From contig MU054128.1 in assembly GCA_013239625.1 (NCBI GenBank), forward strand, positions 1-36,426: a stretch of DNA of 36,426 nucleotides, read 5' to 3'. Source of the stretch: Lama guanicoe. Its lineage: Eukaryota. How positions within the stretch are numbered: the stretch's first letter is position 1; every line of letters begins with the position of its first letter. A program made the translations under genes and the position numbers. The notes under the pieces were generated by a model, which was not told the DNA's origin, made no database searches, and saw only the letters and a program-made list of their open reading frames with translations. Shown one piece after another: positions 1 through 11,690 of this stretch.

Positions 1-99
1 CCCTGCTTCCCAAATCTATACTTTCCTATCCATTCTCTCAAAAACCTTTTGTAAAATTGAATTTGAATGTAAATCTTAAAGAATGTTTAGCCGCGTATC

Positions 100-430
100 C
101 ATTGCATTTGAGTTTCAGACTCCTTAAAGCAGCTCACAACAGGACTCCCAGAATCTGACCCTGATCAATTTTTCTGGCTTTATTTCCCAACTAACTCTCC
201 TAAATAATCCACAGAAACCTTTGCTCTAAGTATAACGTGATCTTTTAAACCTCTGTGCCTCTGCATTTTCTATTCCGTCTACCTCGACCACCTCTTCCTG
301 CCTTACTAGCCCTTGGTGAACTGCTAGTTATCTGTTAATTCTTATTTTAAATGCTTACCTTCTCTGGAGCATTTTCTAACTCCCAAAGGAGCATTAGTTA
401 TGTCTTTCTCACGTTTGCCCACACTTGGGG
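100..430 (+). mobile_element. Ancient LINE-2 3' region fragment
   Basis: Degenerate match to recalled L2 3' motifs (cctctgcattttctattccgtctacct...; aaatgcttaccttctctggagcattttctaactccc). Boundaries approximate. Confidence 0.5.
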
Positions 431-479
431 CACATCCCTGGTGGGCGGTGTACTTGCCAGAAGAGTCTTACTGGTTCAA

Positions 480-850
480 GCTCAGTCTCCTCTAAGTAAA
501 GCCACATACCTCCCTGTACATTTCAAACACTATTGAAGTTCCGTGTATCCCAGGACAACAAAATAACATTTAGTCAAAGGAAACCTCATCTGTTTCTTGT
601 CTCTCCTTTTAAGAGTGAGATTATTATTTTTTTTTCCTCAGAAGCTCTTAACCAAGCTGCCTGTTAGATCCTGTGCTCACCTCTAAGCCAATCACTGACA
701 AGTGTGATGGAATTACAATGGTTAGTTAAAGAACTTGGAATAGTGTTATCTTCTCCCTGGGAGGCACGTAGCTGAAGAAAAGTGGGATTCTTTTGAGAAA
801 GTAGAAGAGGGAATGAGGAGTGGGATGGGCAACCAAGAGAACTTACTCCA
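480..850 (-). mobile_element. Old MaLR LTR (MLT1J/K-like)
   Basis: ctaagccaatcactgacaagtgtgatggaattacaatgg and terminal gggatgggcaaccaagaga...cca resemble MLT1K-type LTRs. Boundaries approximate. Confidence 0.55.
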
Positions 851-2516
851 GAAGTAAAGTGGCTTGATTCAAACTGTTTTCATCAATCTCGCAGCCAATC
901 ATATACAGGAATTATAATTGTAAAATATAAAACTAAAACAACAAAACAAAATAAAGACCACTGCAAGATTCTATAATGAGAAAGTGGGCACTTCCTCCCA
1001 AATAAACTAGTCTTCCAAGATGTGGTCTGAGCTCTGAATTTTACATCCTCTAATATTTATGGATTTTTTTACACAACCCTTTAGTAACACTTGGACCTGC
1101 GGCCATGGCTGGGAGATGTCAACTTGAATCTCATGATTATTCTTAAAGGACAGCTTTCAAAATCTTTGATTTCTGATTCTTTATAGTAATGACAGTCAAA
1201 AGAAGGATAATTCAACCCAGGGAAAAGACAAACGTTCGGTTAAGTTGGAAATTGAAATTTCATGTTAGCCATCTCAAAATCCCTTAATTTCATAGAAACG
1301 GGGGCAGGGGGAAGAGTATGGTGCTATGCAGAAACATTAGGAGGAAAATTTGCACCCAGTACGTTGGAACTTAAGGAATCCACTGTGAAGGTTCTTACAT
1401 AACCATGACCAGTGGTGAACACTAACAGTTGTCTCTCACCACATTCATAGGCAAGACCACATAGACCTTGGATTCTTGGTGACCAAGGATTAGTCTCCCA
1501 ACATTGGACCAAGAGTTGTGGATGAAGACTGAAGACTATAGCATGTATCTTGGAAAACATAACAGCAAATATACAAGCTCAGTTGCTGTGGCATGCAGTA
1601 TAAATGAGGAATGTTGCTTTAACCTGTGCCCAGTTATCATTGCTCTTGTTCATATGTGTTTGGATGTGTTTGAATTATTCCCTCTTTACTACACAAAAGA
1701 TGTTGTATCAGTAGCTAAATGCGTTATGGAGTCCACAGCTTATAGACGATCTGGTAATGTCTGGGTAGGATTATGATGGAATTAGAGGAGAAATATACAA
1801 CATACGGGGACTGTGGATCCCAAGACAAACAGCATTTAAAGAACCCTGTGATATTCCCTGTGTATAAAGTAAATGTTGATGTCTTCGAATTGCCTCCTTA
1901 CTAGAAGGCAATATTTGTGTTTATGTTCGTTCTCATGGACCACGTAAGATGAGAGCATCTTTGAAACCAGATATGTGGGAAGATGACAGCCAATGACAGA
2001 CATAAAGGAGGGAATGTCTGCATTTCCACCCTTGAGAAAGCATCAGTGAGCTTGACACCTGGAGAGCAGAAAAGTAGGTGCAAACTGGAGCTGTCTCAAG
2101 CAAGTTCGCACCTATGATCCGTCATGCTGTGCCCTAAATCTCTCCTTTAATGAACCTGCCCTAGTGCCACAGACCAGTGCTTGTGAAATAACTATTGAAA
2201 TGTTCTTTAAGCAGAAACGGTCACTGAATGAATCAGAACCAGATGCCCATGTGAGTCAAAGATAACTGGGCCAGATTCTGCACTATGAACAATAGCGTGT
2301 TCAGTCGTAAATGATTCCAACCAATAGGGTGAGTGGTAATTCAATAAATCAGTCAGGCCAGCTTCTTCTGTAACTTGACCTGGAAATGTGAATTTTGCAT
2401 TGGGAGGAAATGGGCCGAAACACAAGAGAAACAAATGCATATTGAGAAAAGTAAAGTTCTTTTGCCCCTCTCGTCTCAGGGATGGGAATTGTGGTGGAGC
2501 TGGGATCAAGAATGGA

Positions 2517-3040
2517 TTCATGGCTGAGTAGTATTCCATTGTATAAATATACCACATCTTCTTTATCCAGTCATCCATTGATGGACATTTAGGCAACATA
2601 ACACCATTTGCAGCAACATGGATGCTCCTGGAGAATGTCATTCTAAGAGAAGTAAGCCAGAAAGAGAAACAAAAATACCATATGAGATCGCTCATACATG
2701 GAATCTAAAAAAAAAAAAAAACACAAACAAAGCATAAATACAAAACAGAAATAGACTCATAGACATAGAAAACAAACTTGTGGTTGCCAAGGGGGCGGAG
2801 GGTGGGAAGGGATAGACTGGGATTTCAAAACTGTAGAATAGATAAACAAGATTATACTGCATAGCACAGGGAAATATATACAAGATCTTATGGTAGCTCA
2901 CGGAGAAAAAAATGTGACAATGAATGTATATATGTTCATGTATAAATGAAAAATTGTGCTCTACACTGGAATTTGATATAACATTGTAAAATGATTATAG
3001 ATCAATTAAAAAAAGTTAAAAAAAAGACTTAAAAAAAAAG
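2517..3040 (+). mobile_element. 5'-truncated, 5'-inverted LINE-1 (end of ORF2, 3'UTR, poly-A)
   Basis: 2517-2593 is L1 ORF2 in reverse orientation (translates PKCPSMDDWIKKMWYIYTMEYYSAM). 2594-3040 is forward L1 (ccatttgcagcaacatggatg...), with a G-rich 3'UTR tract at 2791-2811 and an A-rich tail. TSD gaatggattcat (2510-2521) / gaacggattcat (3041-3052). Confidence 0.93.
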
Positions 3041-4175
3041 GAACGGATTCATAGTCAGAGACTTCACCATGTGTTCTTCCTGGTAAATAAAAGCAAAGAG
3101 ATAGAAAACAGTGAATGTACATTTTTATGGGGCCAAATCAAAAAAAAAGTTCTGCAAATAACTGCCCGAGTAAATATGGTCACATTAAAACAACTATATT
3201 GTATTGTGTATATCAAAATGCCTTGGATGGTATTTCATTCCATATTTTAGCAGGAGACTTCTTGGGATAAGCAACTGAGTCTAGGGCAAAGTGCAAAATA
3301 TTGGTGAGACATTGACCCTTCACTTACAGGATGCATACACTTAAGCATATCTGTTTGTGTGTAAGTTTATGTATATATGTATACTTATCTCATTGAGTGA
3401 GTAGCTGTGGAGAGAAAATGACTTGGTCTCATAGCATGCTGCCAGGAGTTTTAGGACATAGACATACAAAGAGAAGATTTGTCGTTTCTTAAGGCTGTTT
3501 AGATCACTTACAACACAAAGAAAGAAAAATAATCAAGGCCAAGCTAGCCCACGTCATGGTTTTGAAGCCATCATATGATACAATCAGGGGTTCTTAGATT
3601 CAGAAGGGAATTCAGAGGCCATATCAATAGGTACACATGGAATGAATAATTGGACTAGTGAATGAAAGAACCGATGAATCTGACAAGAGCCCTGTTGAAT
3701 GTGTACAAACTATTATTGCCTTGAAGGGTTATCTACTTCTCATGTATATTAACTAACGCATCCCTACCTTACTCTCAGGGTTCACATCGTGCCTTATGTA
3801 TGGGATACAGTTAAGAAGTCTTTGGTGCATCTTTATGAAATTTACACTCTCAGAAGTTTCCTGGGTCAAATGGGGAGGAATGGGTATTTATTTTGCTTTC
3901 ATCAATCAGTAAAGACTTGCTGAATGTTCGACGAGCAATCAAAGTGCAAGATAGTATAGGATAAAATGTATTTTCATAGATAAACATTTGGGGAATTTAA
4001 AAAATCTGTAAGTTTATTAAAAATAATCATTTGTATTAAAATATCTTTTAGAGAACTGTGATGTTTTACGATGGCTGTTTTTGTTGTTAATGAGGTCCTT
4101 GTACGAGCAAAGAATTGCATTTCCACAAAAGAAAACATGTCTTCCTAATTTTGCTGAATTCAACGTCTGCCTCTT

Positions 4176-4265
4176 TTTTTATCTTTAAGTGAAAGTAAGT
4201 TTATTTAGAGAGATACACATGCCATGCACAGAGTACAGGCCATCTCAGAAGGCCAGAGAGAGACC
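4176..4265 (-). mobile_element. Short polyadenylated ERV-LTR-like fragment
   Basis: Minus strand reads ...aaataaacttactttcacttaaagataaaaaaa (AATAAA then an A tail). The body resembles artiodactyl ERV1 LTR R regions. Flanked by degenerate direct repeats ending cctctt. Confidence 0.55.
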
Positions 4266-5976
4266 CAGTACCTCCCTCTTAAGATTCACCTTCCTAAAAC
4301 ACCTTGTCAAAGGTGGATACATTTGAAAAATTGTTTATTCATCGTACTTCCTACCATGGATTCCAGGTCAGTTTTCTCTTTTTTCTGTCCACCTGACTTC
4401 CTCTTCAGCTCCCCTCATGGAGATTGCTTAAAATTCTCTTACTTGTGTCACCAGGCCGAAACACCAGAGGTCCAGAGCTAGTCTTGTCTGTTTGTCTGTT
4501 TCTATTACTGTGTTCTCCGGGCCCGCAGGAAGGTGGTCCTCATTTAAGGGCCTGATGCATGTGTCTCAGTAAAGTGCAAGGAAGGACTATGCTTTCAGTC
4601 TTGATCTCTTTCTTGAGCTCCTCGTTTGATGATGCATGAACCCAAGCTCAGCACAGATATTGTCAGGATCCTCAGATGAGAATTTTAAAACACAATCAAG
4701 CAAACAAGAGTCACCGTCCATTCAAAATAAATGAATCCAAACGTCTCCCAACACTGTAAGTCCCCTGATCGACTAACTCTCTGGACTGTTGATGCTTCTG
4801 AATAGAAGCCCAGAATGTCGCTGAGTGATCTTCATAACACCACAGAGTTTCCTAAGGGGAGAAGCAACATTTCCACGACCTACCCGGGCTAATTTTTGTC
4901 CCGTCTCTCCACTTCATAATGAGCTCTGGAAATGGTTGTCTGGCAAATATTCTACAAAAGCTGTTTATTTTTTTAATCAGAATCTGTTGCAACTTAATGT
5001 GGGGTGCATCGATATAAGATTGGAAATCATTTAATAATCATTCAGAGAATTTTCTAGATTTCAAGCAAGAAGACATACACTATGCTTTCCTGATGTGGCA
5101 GGGGCCGTCGGAAACTAGTTTTGAGCAAAACTTTGAAGTTTTTGGCCCAGAGAAAAACAAAATACCCCAGAAACAAATAAGATGTGTCACAATTATCCAT
5201 GATTTACAATCCCTTTCCCAGGACCGCCTGTGGCCCTTAGTAATCCCTAAGGCAGAACCAAACAAAAGTAATCTTTTCAGCATATCTTCATGAAACTGTC
5301 TGGGATGTGACAAAACTTTGAGAAACAGTTTTGTGATAATGGTTTTGCACTTTATTGGTACTTCTCCAGAGGAGGTGGTGAATGGCTCCTTTCAAATACA
5401 TAGAGCTATCAAAGGCCAAAGTCAATAAAAACCTCTGTGGAGTAATTGGGGAGGGAAGGAAAAAAAGGGGGAAGAAAAGCATAAAAGGAATGAAAAGGAA
5501 AGAAGGGTCTATAAATTTAAAAGCCTAAGGAGTATATTTGGGGGAAATAGATGATGCAAAACTAAATTGGAAATAGTTGCTGGCGGACCAAGGAAGGCAA
5601 ATAAAGCAATGAGATATATGACACTTGTCCTCCTGCCTCAAGTCTAGCTCATCAAACAGTTTTTCATTCCATTTTGTATGTATGGGTTGCATCGGGCTAC
5701 TGCCAACACAAGGTGCTCAGATTTTCTGACTTTTCTTTCATTGTCAAAAGAAATAATAGGTTGATGGGATTCAAAGGCAACTAATAGAATGTCTTCTTCA
5801 AGAATGAGGAAAAAAAATACAAATTGAGTTGTGTTAATGAATAAATCATTTCTATTGTTCATGTTCTTGAAAATAATAGCAGCAGTAATGGTAATAAATA
5901 ATAAAAATTGAGTATTATGGAAGAAGAGTGTCTGGGGGTCAGAAGGCCAGAATTTATTGAAAAAGGTGTAATTCAT

Positions 5977-6120
5977 TGTATTGGTTAAAGCCCATGGGTT
6001 ATGTTATGCAAGGAACAGAACTTGGAATTAATCGTCCGACTCTGGGGCTACCTGAGAGAGAAACTACCAAAAAATATCCCAGAGAATTGGCAGGGCTGAA
6101 CATCAACTAACTTGGGCGTT
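5977..6120 (-). mobile_element. Possible MaLR (MLT1K/L-like) LTR end
   Basis: tgtattggtt...ttatgcaaggaacagaac resembles the MLT1 terminus. Heavily diverged. Confidence 0.35.
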
Positions 6121-6589
6121 GGTTGCTTCAAGGTATAAGAATTACCTCTGTTGTACAAATGCACGCATTGCTTGGAGGCACTTTCTGTCCAGAAAGAATA
6201 ACTCACATGAAGTGGGAGGGAAGTTAGCAAATGAGAAGAGTCAAGGTGCCTGTTTGTGATCTGCAAAGCAGGTTGGCTTCGTCTCAACAGAGCAGAGTGA
6301 GAAGATGCCAGCCAGCATGGGCACAAAGCCACTCAGAGACCCGGCCAGGACACAAGTGTGAAGTCAAACCTTATAGGCTTAGAATGACTGCAGGGTAGAG
6401 AGCCCACCCAAATGCCAAACACAGGGACTCTGACCTCTTCAAGGGATAAGAGAATAATCAGAGTCGAAGAATGACCATGAGTCAGAGAAAGCAAAGGCAC
6501 TGGGGATGGGAGGATAGAGACAATTTGATAATCTGGAAAGATCAGGCGAGCAGGGGAGCTGGAGGAAAATTTTTGGGAGAAATAGAGAC

Positions 6590-6730
6590 AGGTGATTCAA
6601 TCTTTGGATTCATTTTTTTGGCTCTGGCATCAACCATTTCTGTGACTTTGAACAAGTTTTGTAACCTTCTAGAATCCAATGTAGTCATCACTAACCGAAA
6701 AGGACAGGACTAAATATCTTCAGGCTACTG
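6590..6730 (+). mobile_element. MIR SINE fragment
   Basis: MIR core: tctgtgactttgaacaagttttgtaaccttct. Confidence 0.55.
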
Positions 6731-6799
6731 CCCTACTCAGGAACACTATTATTTTCTGTTCATGATAGTGTTTGCAATTATATGGTGCTCCGTACCTCC

Positions 6800-6980
6800 A
6801 AAATGTATTTATGTGATAGTGTTTGTTCCTTCAAACAGTCCTGTGTGGCTGTTCATATAGAAGACACTATAGCTCATTTGAAAGATAAGAAAATGAAGGC
6901 TTAGGAAGGCAAGATAACTTTCTCAAGGTTGCTTAGCTAATTAGCATCAGAGCCAAAACTAGAAATGTTGGTCTGCTGTG
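6800..6980 (-). mobile_element. MIR SINE fragment
   Basis: Reverse MIR core: catttgaaagataagaaaatgaaggcttagg...taactttctcaaggttgcttagctaattagcatcagagccaaaactagaa. Confidence 0.75.
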
Positions 6981-7270
6981 TTTGTAACTACATGATTCCT
7001 TTCAGCAAAAACCTTTTAAATCTTTAAGGGAGAAAAATAATTTTCTTACATTTTTTTCAACTGCTTTATATCAACAGGAGTTAAGAACTTCCTGAGAACA
7101 GTAGAAACAAACAAACAGAAAGGTCAAATGGAAAAAAAAAAAAAGAAATCCTGTACACTTGTATATTGAAAGGAAATGTAAATAATGTTAAATAAGCAAT
7201 TATTTTATCAAATTTATATTGAGGGTGGACAATATACAAAGTCCTATGCTAGATATTGTGAGAGATACAG

Positions 7271-7530
7271 ATATTTTTAAAGGCAATGTATAATATATAT
7301 ATATATGTATATATTTTATATATATATATTTATATTTTTTATATTTTTATATTTTTAAATATATTTATATATTTTTAAAGGCAATGTATAATATATATAT
7401 ATTTTATATATATATATTTATATATTTTTATATTTTTAAATATATTTATATAATTTTAAAGGCAATGTATTTTATATATATATATGTATATATGTATTTA
7501 TATATATACAATGTATATATATATAAAAAT
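7271..7530. repeat. AT-rich compound tandem repeat / (TA)n
   Basis: Anchor ttttaaaggcaatgtat recurs (ggcaatgtat at 7282, 7380, 7461), separated by TA-rich filler. Confidence 0.9.
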
Positions 7531-8299
7531 ATCTCCATAGAACTTCGGAAAAGTGTCAAATCAAATCCAGTTGAGCACAAATCAGGGAAAATCGGAAAAT
7601 CTGGCATTTGAGCTTGGAAATAAAAGTGGAACATCTTGAGAATTCTTAAAGATTAGAAATCTGCCGATGTAAGCCATGCATGTTGGTTGATGTAGGAAAG
7701 CACGAAGGAGTAAAAAGATGATCAGAGCTCTTTGCAGCTAACTGTAGTGATGGTCAAATAAGAACACACCACATCACATTGTTCGCATCTTTTCTTGCCT
7801 CTCTTTCTCTTTTTCTTCACCTTATTCCTTGTCTTAAGTTCTGCTTTCAATGAACCCAAGAAAAGATAATAATAATCTGTGTTTAATGATCCAGGACATC
7901 ATGAAGGAAAACGTATGAGAGCAGAAAGCTCAGTGAAATAAGGCACCCTCCACTATAAAAGATTTTTAAAGAATTTTTTATAAATATAAAAGATGATGGG
8001 TTCAGAGAACTAGGTAAATCATCAGAATAAGTGTAATTCCGCCTCAGTTGATCATGTGCAAGGAGGTCTTAACAAAACTATAGATGTTTACACATGCAAA
8101 AATTTGGTAACAAACATTTGTAAACCTAATCGTAAACCTAAATATTACATTAAAAAATCATGAGGAGGGCAGCATAATTATTCTTACGTGAGTATATTTT
8201 GATTTAAAAAAAAGCAATTCAATTCAATAGAAAAGTTCGCGATATAAGAATGCGCTGAGATCGACATATTTTATTATCCAACAAGTATTGAAAAGAACA

Positions 8300-8420
8300 A
8301 TATATTAAGGTCAGCACTCCTGGATTCAGATTCCAGCTCTGGCAAGAGTTACCCCTTTAAACTAGAATAAGTCACTTCACTTTCTGGACCTCAGTCAAAT
8401 GTGCAAGTTGGACAAATCAC
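8300..8420 (+). mobile_element. MIR SINE fragment
   Basis: cctggattcagattccagctctg...aataagtcacttcactttctggacctcagt. Confidence 0.6.
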
Positions 8421-8957
8421 AGTCTGCAAATTATGTCCTACAGAGAGGAGTCCAGAAAGATGTTCTTTGAAAAAGAAAAAAAAAGATTTTGTAATAAATA
8501 TATCGAAGAAACATTTGTACATCATTTCCAACTTGTAGCTTCTCAAGACAGAATGCATATGAAAGACTCAGAAAAGCCCTATATTTAAAAAAAAACTGTT
8601 TAATATCATCATAGACTTTTCCAAATGTAAGATATTTTAAAACGTGTTGTCCCATTAAAAATGAATATCTTATTTACATAGTTTTCCATGGATTTAATTT
8701 TTGGAAATGCATGAATATCAGTACAGACTTAAAATCCTAGGATTCCAATGTATAATTTGGTCTTACTAGAAGAATTGAACTGGAATTTGAGATCCCAGGC
8801 AGCATCCTGGACCCAGAACAGAGATAAGCAGGGGATGCCCTGAGACTGAGGATTCAGGAAGAAAGAATGAAAGAGTTGTTACCTTCTATTGAGGAGGAGG
8901 TGAAATTGAGGTTTGAGAGAGACTTGAAGTATGGTGACCAGTCTATTGATTATTTAG

Positions 8958-9110
8958 AGCAAGATTTTTCAACTTCAGGACCATTGCCATTTGGGGCTGG
9001 ATATTTCCTTGTTGCAGGGAGACTGTGCTGTGCATTTTGGGGTATTTTGTTGTGCATTTTGGGGTGTTTAGCTGCATCCCTTTCCTCTACCCACTGGAGG
9101 TAGTAACACT
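8958..9110. mobile_element. MER20 (hAT-Charlie) DNA transposon fragment
   Basis: ttttcaacttcaggaccattgccatttggggctggatatttccttgttg...gtttagctgcatccctttcctctacccactgga matches recalled MER20 consensus. Internal duplication of tgtgcattttggggt. Confidence 0.8.
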
Positions 9111-9439
9111 GAGAAGACAAACTTGAGGAAAATCCCATGGCCCTTACATGAGCATGAAGGAAATCCATGATAGATCTCTGGAAAAAATGAGAACAGATAA
9201 ATGGAATAAGAGAGAGAGAAAAATTAAAGGACCGAGAAGAGATGGAGATGAAGAGGAGGAAGAAATGGGAAAGGAAAGATATAGGAAAAGAAAGACGCAA
9301 GGGAAGAAAGAAAAGAGGCTTATAAACTACTTCAACTCTACAGTGGAGGAGTTGAAGGATCAGGGTGTCTGGGGTCAGTTTCCCCCTGTCTGTAAGCAGT
9401 GTGAGCTTTGGAGACAAAAAAGATCTGTTTTCACTCATA

Positions 9440-9610
9440 GTTCTGTGATTTCTCATGTTATCTTAAGTAGTTCAGTTGACCTTTCTAAGCTTCTGCTTCT
9501 TGTCTGTAAAATGTGGATAACACATTTATAGCTTGTTTTATGTACTAGAGGAAACGTATGTAATGAGCTTAGAATGTTGCTAAGAATTTAATACATGATA
9601 ACTGCTTTTA
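9440..9610 (+). mobile_element. MIR SINE fragment
   Basis: gacctttctaagcttctgcttcttgtctgtaaaatgtggataaca...gtatgtaatgagcttagaatg. Confidence 0.7.
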
Positions 9611-9697
9611 TCTTTGCTATTTTTTCATTGGAACTTAACCATGTGACATCTTTTTTTGTCAGTTAACTTCAAATATCTGCTATTTTAATGCTTACGT

Positions 9698-10030
9698 TTA
9701 ATTAGCCAGTCTATGCTGTTATATTGCTGTAATAAACAACTTTGAAATCTCAGAGGCTGAAATGATGCTCTACTTCATGTCTCTTTTATGTCACCGAGGT
9801 CCCTGCTCTCATCCATCATCAGAAAAGTCCGTGGGTACCATGGAACTGGGTGAATCATGCAGCAGCTCTTAAACTCTTCCCCAAGAAGTGATACATATCA
9901 TGGGTACTCACATTTCTTTGGTTAAAGCAAGACACATGAGCACATAGCCAACTTCAAGGTGGCAGTGAAATGCAACCCTTTCATATGCCCAGAAAAGGGA
10001 ACATTATGAAATCTAGCAAAAGCACCACGC
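9698..10030 (-). mobile_element. Old MaLR LTR (MLT1I/J-like)
   Basis: attagccagt...gctgtaataaacaactttgaaatctcagaggctg; actcacatttctttggttaaagcaagacacatg...caacttcaagg. Confidence 0.65.
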
Positions 10031-10175
10031 CTCTCCAACCAAGTCTCCTCACTGATAAAATAGGGATTCAGAGCACCTATCTCAAAGAGTTGTTATGAAC
10101 ATTGTGATGGTTAATACATGTTGAGCGTATAGAACAAATATCTAGTGTATGGTAATCATGCGATCATTGCTAGAT
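10030..10175 (+). mobile_element. MIR SINE 3' fragment
   Basis: agtctcctcactgataaaataggga...cacctatctcaaagagttgttatgaa...aatacatg. Confidence 0.65.
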
Positions 10176-10187
10176 ATTGAGATCTAT

Positions 10188-10863
10188 TGTTACCGAAATT
10201 CAGGTCTGGCCACTCACTGCCCCAAAGCCAATATTCAAGAGGCAAGTGTTGGTGGAAAGGAAATTTTGCTTTGTTCTGGAAGCCAGTAACCAGGGAAGAG
10301 GGCAGATTCATGTCCAAAGGTCAACCCCCCCAGCCGATCAGTGGGAATTTCAGGGGTGAATAGACAGAGGGAAGGGGCTACATGCAGAACAGCTCAGTCA
10401 GCTCTGACAGTCATCTTGAAGTTAGTCATGCTGTGGTCTGATTGGCATCATCTTGGCTGTTTTAAGTGGAATTAATCTTTAGTTCCAGGGTTGGTTTGTT
10501 CCCATTTCTTTGAGTCCAGTTCTCAGAACAATGGCAGCTTATGTAATGAGTACATGTCTGCTCGTCATGTAGTTAACTTTTTCCACCTGGTGAGTGTTTC
10601 AGTATCTACAAGACAGCTCAAAGGATAGGGCTCAGAATATTACCTGTAGTCCTTGAGGAGGAAGTAAAGGTCCCTGACTTTTTTAATGACTAAACTATTA
10701 TTATTTTGTTTTGCTTGACTATTTCCTTTTGTTCTATATTTTCTTATTTCTCTGATTGAACTTATTCTTTGACTAAAATTTTTCTACAGGCAAGAGGCAG
10801 GTGGGGGACAGGGGGTGGGAGGGACTCTGTCTTGGGAAGACCCCAGGGTCCTGATCTATTTCA
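10188..10863 (-). mobile_element. ERV1-class solo LTR (~676 bp)
   Basis: TG...CA termini (tgttaccgaa ... ctatttca) and 4-bp TSD ctat/ctgt (one mismatch). Internal sequence resembles laurasiatherian ERV1 LTRs. Strand is inferred. Confidence 0.85.
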
Positions 10864-10924
10864 CTGTTGCTCTTGGAAACCTTTCTAAGACCCAAGCCAT
10901 GGTTTGTACCGCCTTCCTCCCCAT

Positions 10925-10990
10925 CAACACATTGACTAGGGCTTTGCACCATCTAGTTACTCAATAAGTATTTGTTGAATTGAATTGAAC
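10925..10990 (+). mobile_element. LINE-2 3' terminus
   Basis: tagttactcaataagtatttgttgaattgaattgaa is the typical L2 tail. Confidence 0.7.
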
Positions 10991-11535
10991 AGTGTTCCGG
11001 AGACACGGCTGGGACCATCCACCAGCTGGCCGATCAAGCGCATGTAGGTTTATAGGTTCCATTTCCCCTGCCAAACACCAATGCACTCCACTAAGCCTCC
11101 CTCAGCTGTGATTCTCCATTTTGGCAACCTAATTGACCTTAATGTAAATGTTCCCAGCCACATAAAACACGTTGTGAAGTATGCTACAGCAGTCGCAGTT
11201 GACTGCCAGCTGCCATCACACGATGTGTGTGCAATTTCTTCCTCCACAAATCCTCCTGAACACAACAAATAACAATGCCTTTCTAGAAAACTCCCAACAG
11301 TCAGCACACAGGATATCCGTGGAACATTTTAATGATCTCTGTAAAAGAAAAAATATGAGATATATGGATTTTAAAAACAAGGGCCTGCCTCCTGGTACAG
11401 AGAAACTCTTTGATTTGAGCCTAGGAGAGGGTTCCCACCTACCTAAAGCCTAAATGGATTTTGTTTCTTTGAATTTCCTGCACAAATAAATATGAGGCCA
11501 CTGGGGGAAAAATCATATTGGAAAAGAGGTAACTG

Positions 11536-11690
11536 GGGGAGGGTATAGCTAAATGGTAGAGTGTGTGTGTAGCATGGACGCGGTCCAGGGTTCAGTCCCC
11601 AGAACCACCATTAAAAATAACAAACAAACAGACAGACAATAAATAAATAAACCTAACAACGTCCACCCAAAATAAATTTAGAAAAAAAAA
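11536..11690 (+). mobile_element. tRNA-derived SINE (camelid-type) with Pol III A/B boxes
   Basis: ggggagggtatagctaaatggtagag (A box), gggttcagtcccc (B box), A-rich tail. 16-bp TSD ggaaaagaggtaactg (11520-11535) / ggaaaagaggcaactg (11691-11706). Confidence 0.92.

Noticed and set aside
2207..2695. 162-aa ORF, among the longest in the track
   Set aside because: Chimera of antisense L1, the inverted L1 ORF2 piece and flanking unique DNA. Not a gene.
8950..9531. Overlapping 168-aa and 127-aa ORFs
   Set aside because: They arise from MER20, a purine-rich low-complexity tract and MIR. Compositionally biased, with no recognisable domain.
11019..11032. CTCF-like ccaccagctggc
   Set aside because: Mismatches at core positions; better explained as an E-box palindrome.
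11536..11610. tRNA-like sequence
   Set aside because: It has an A-rich tail and TSD and a degenerate cloverleaf, so it is a SINE rather than a tRNA gene.
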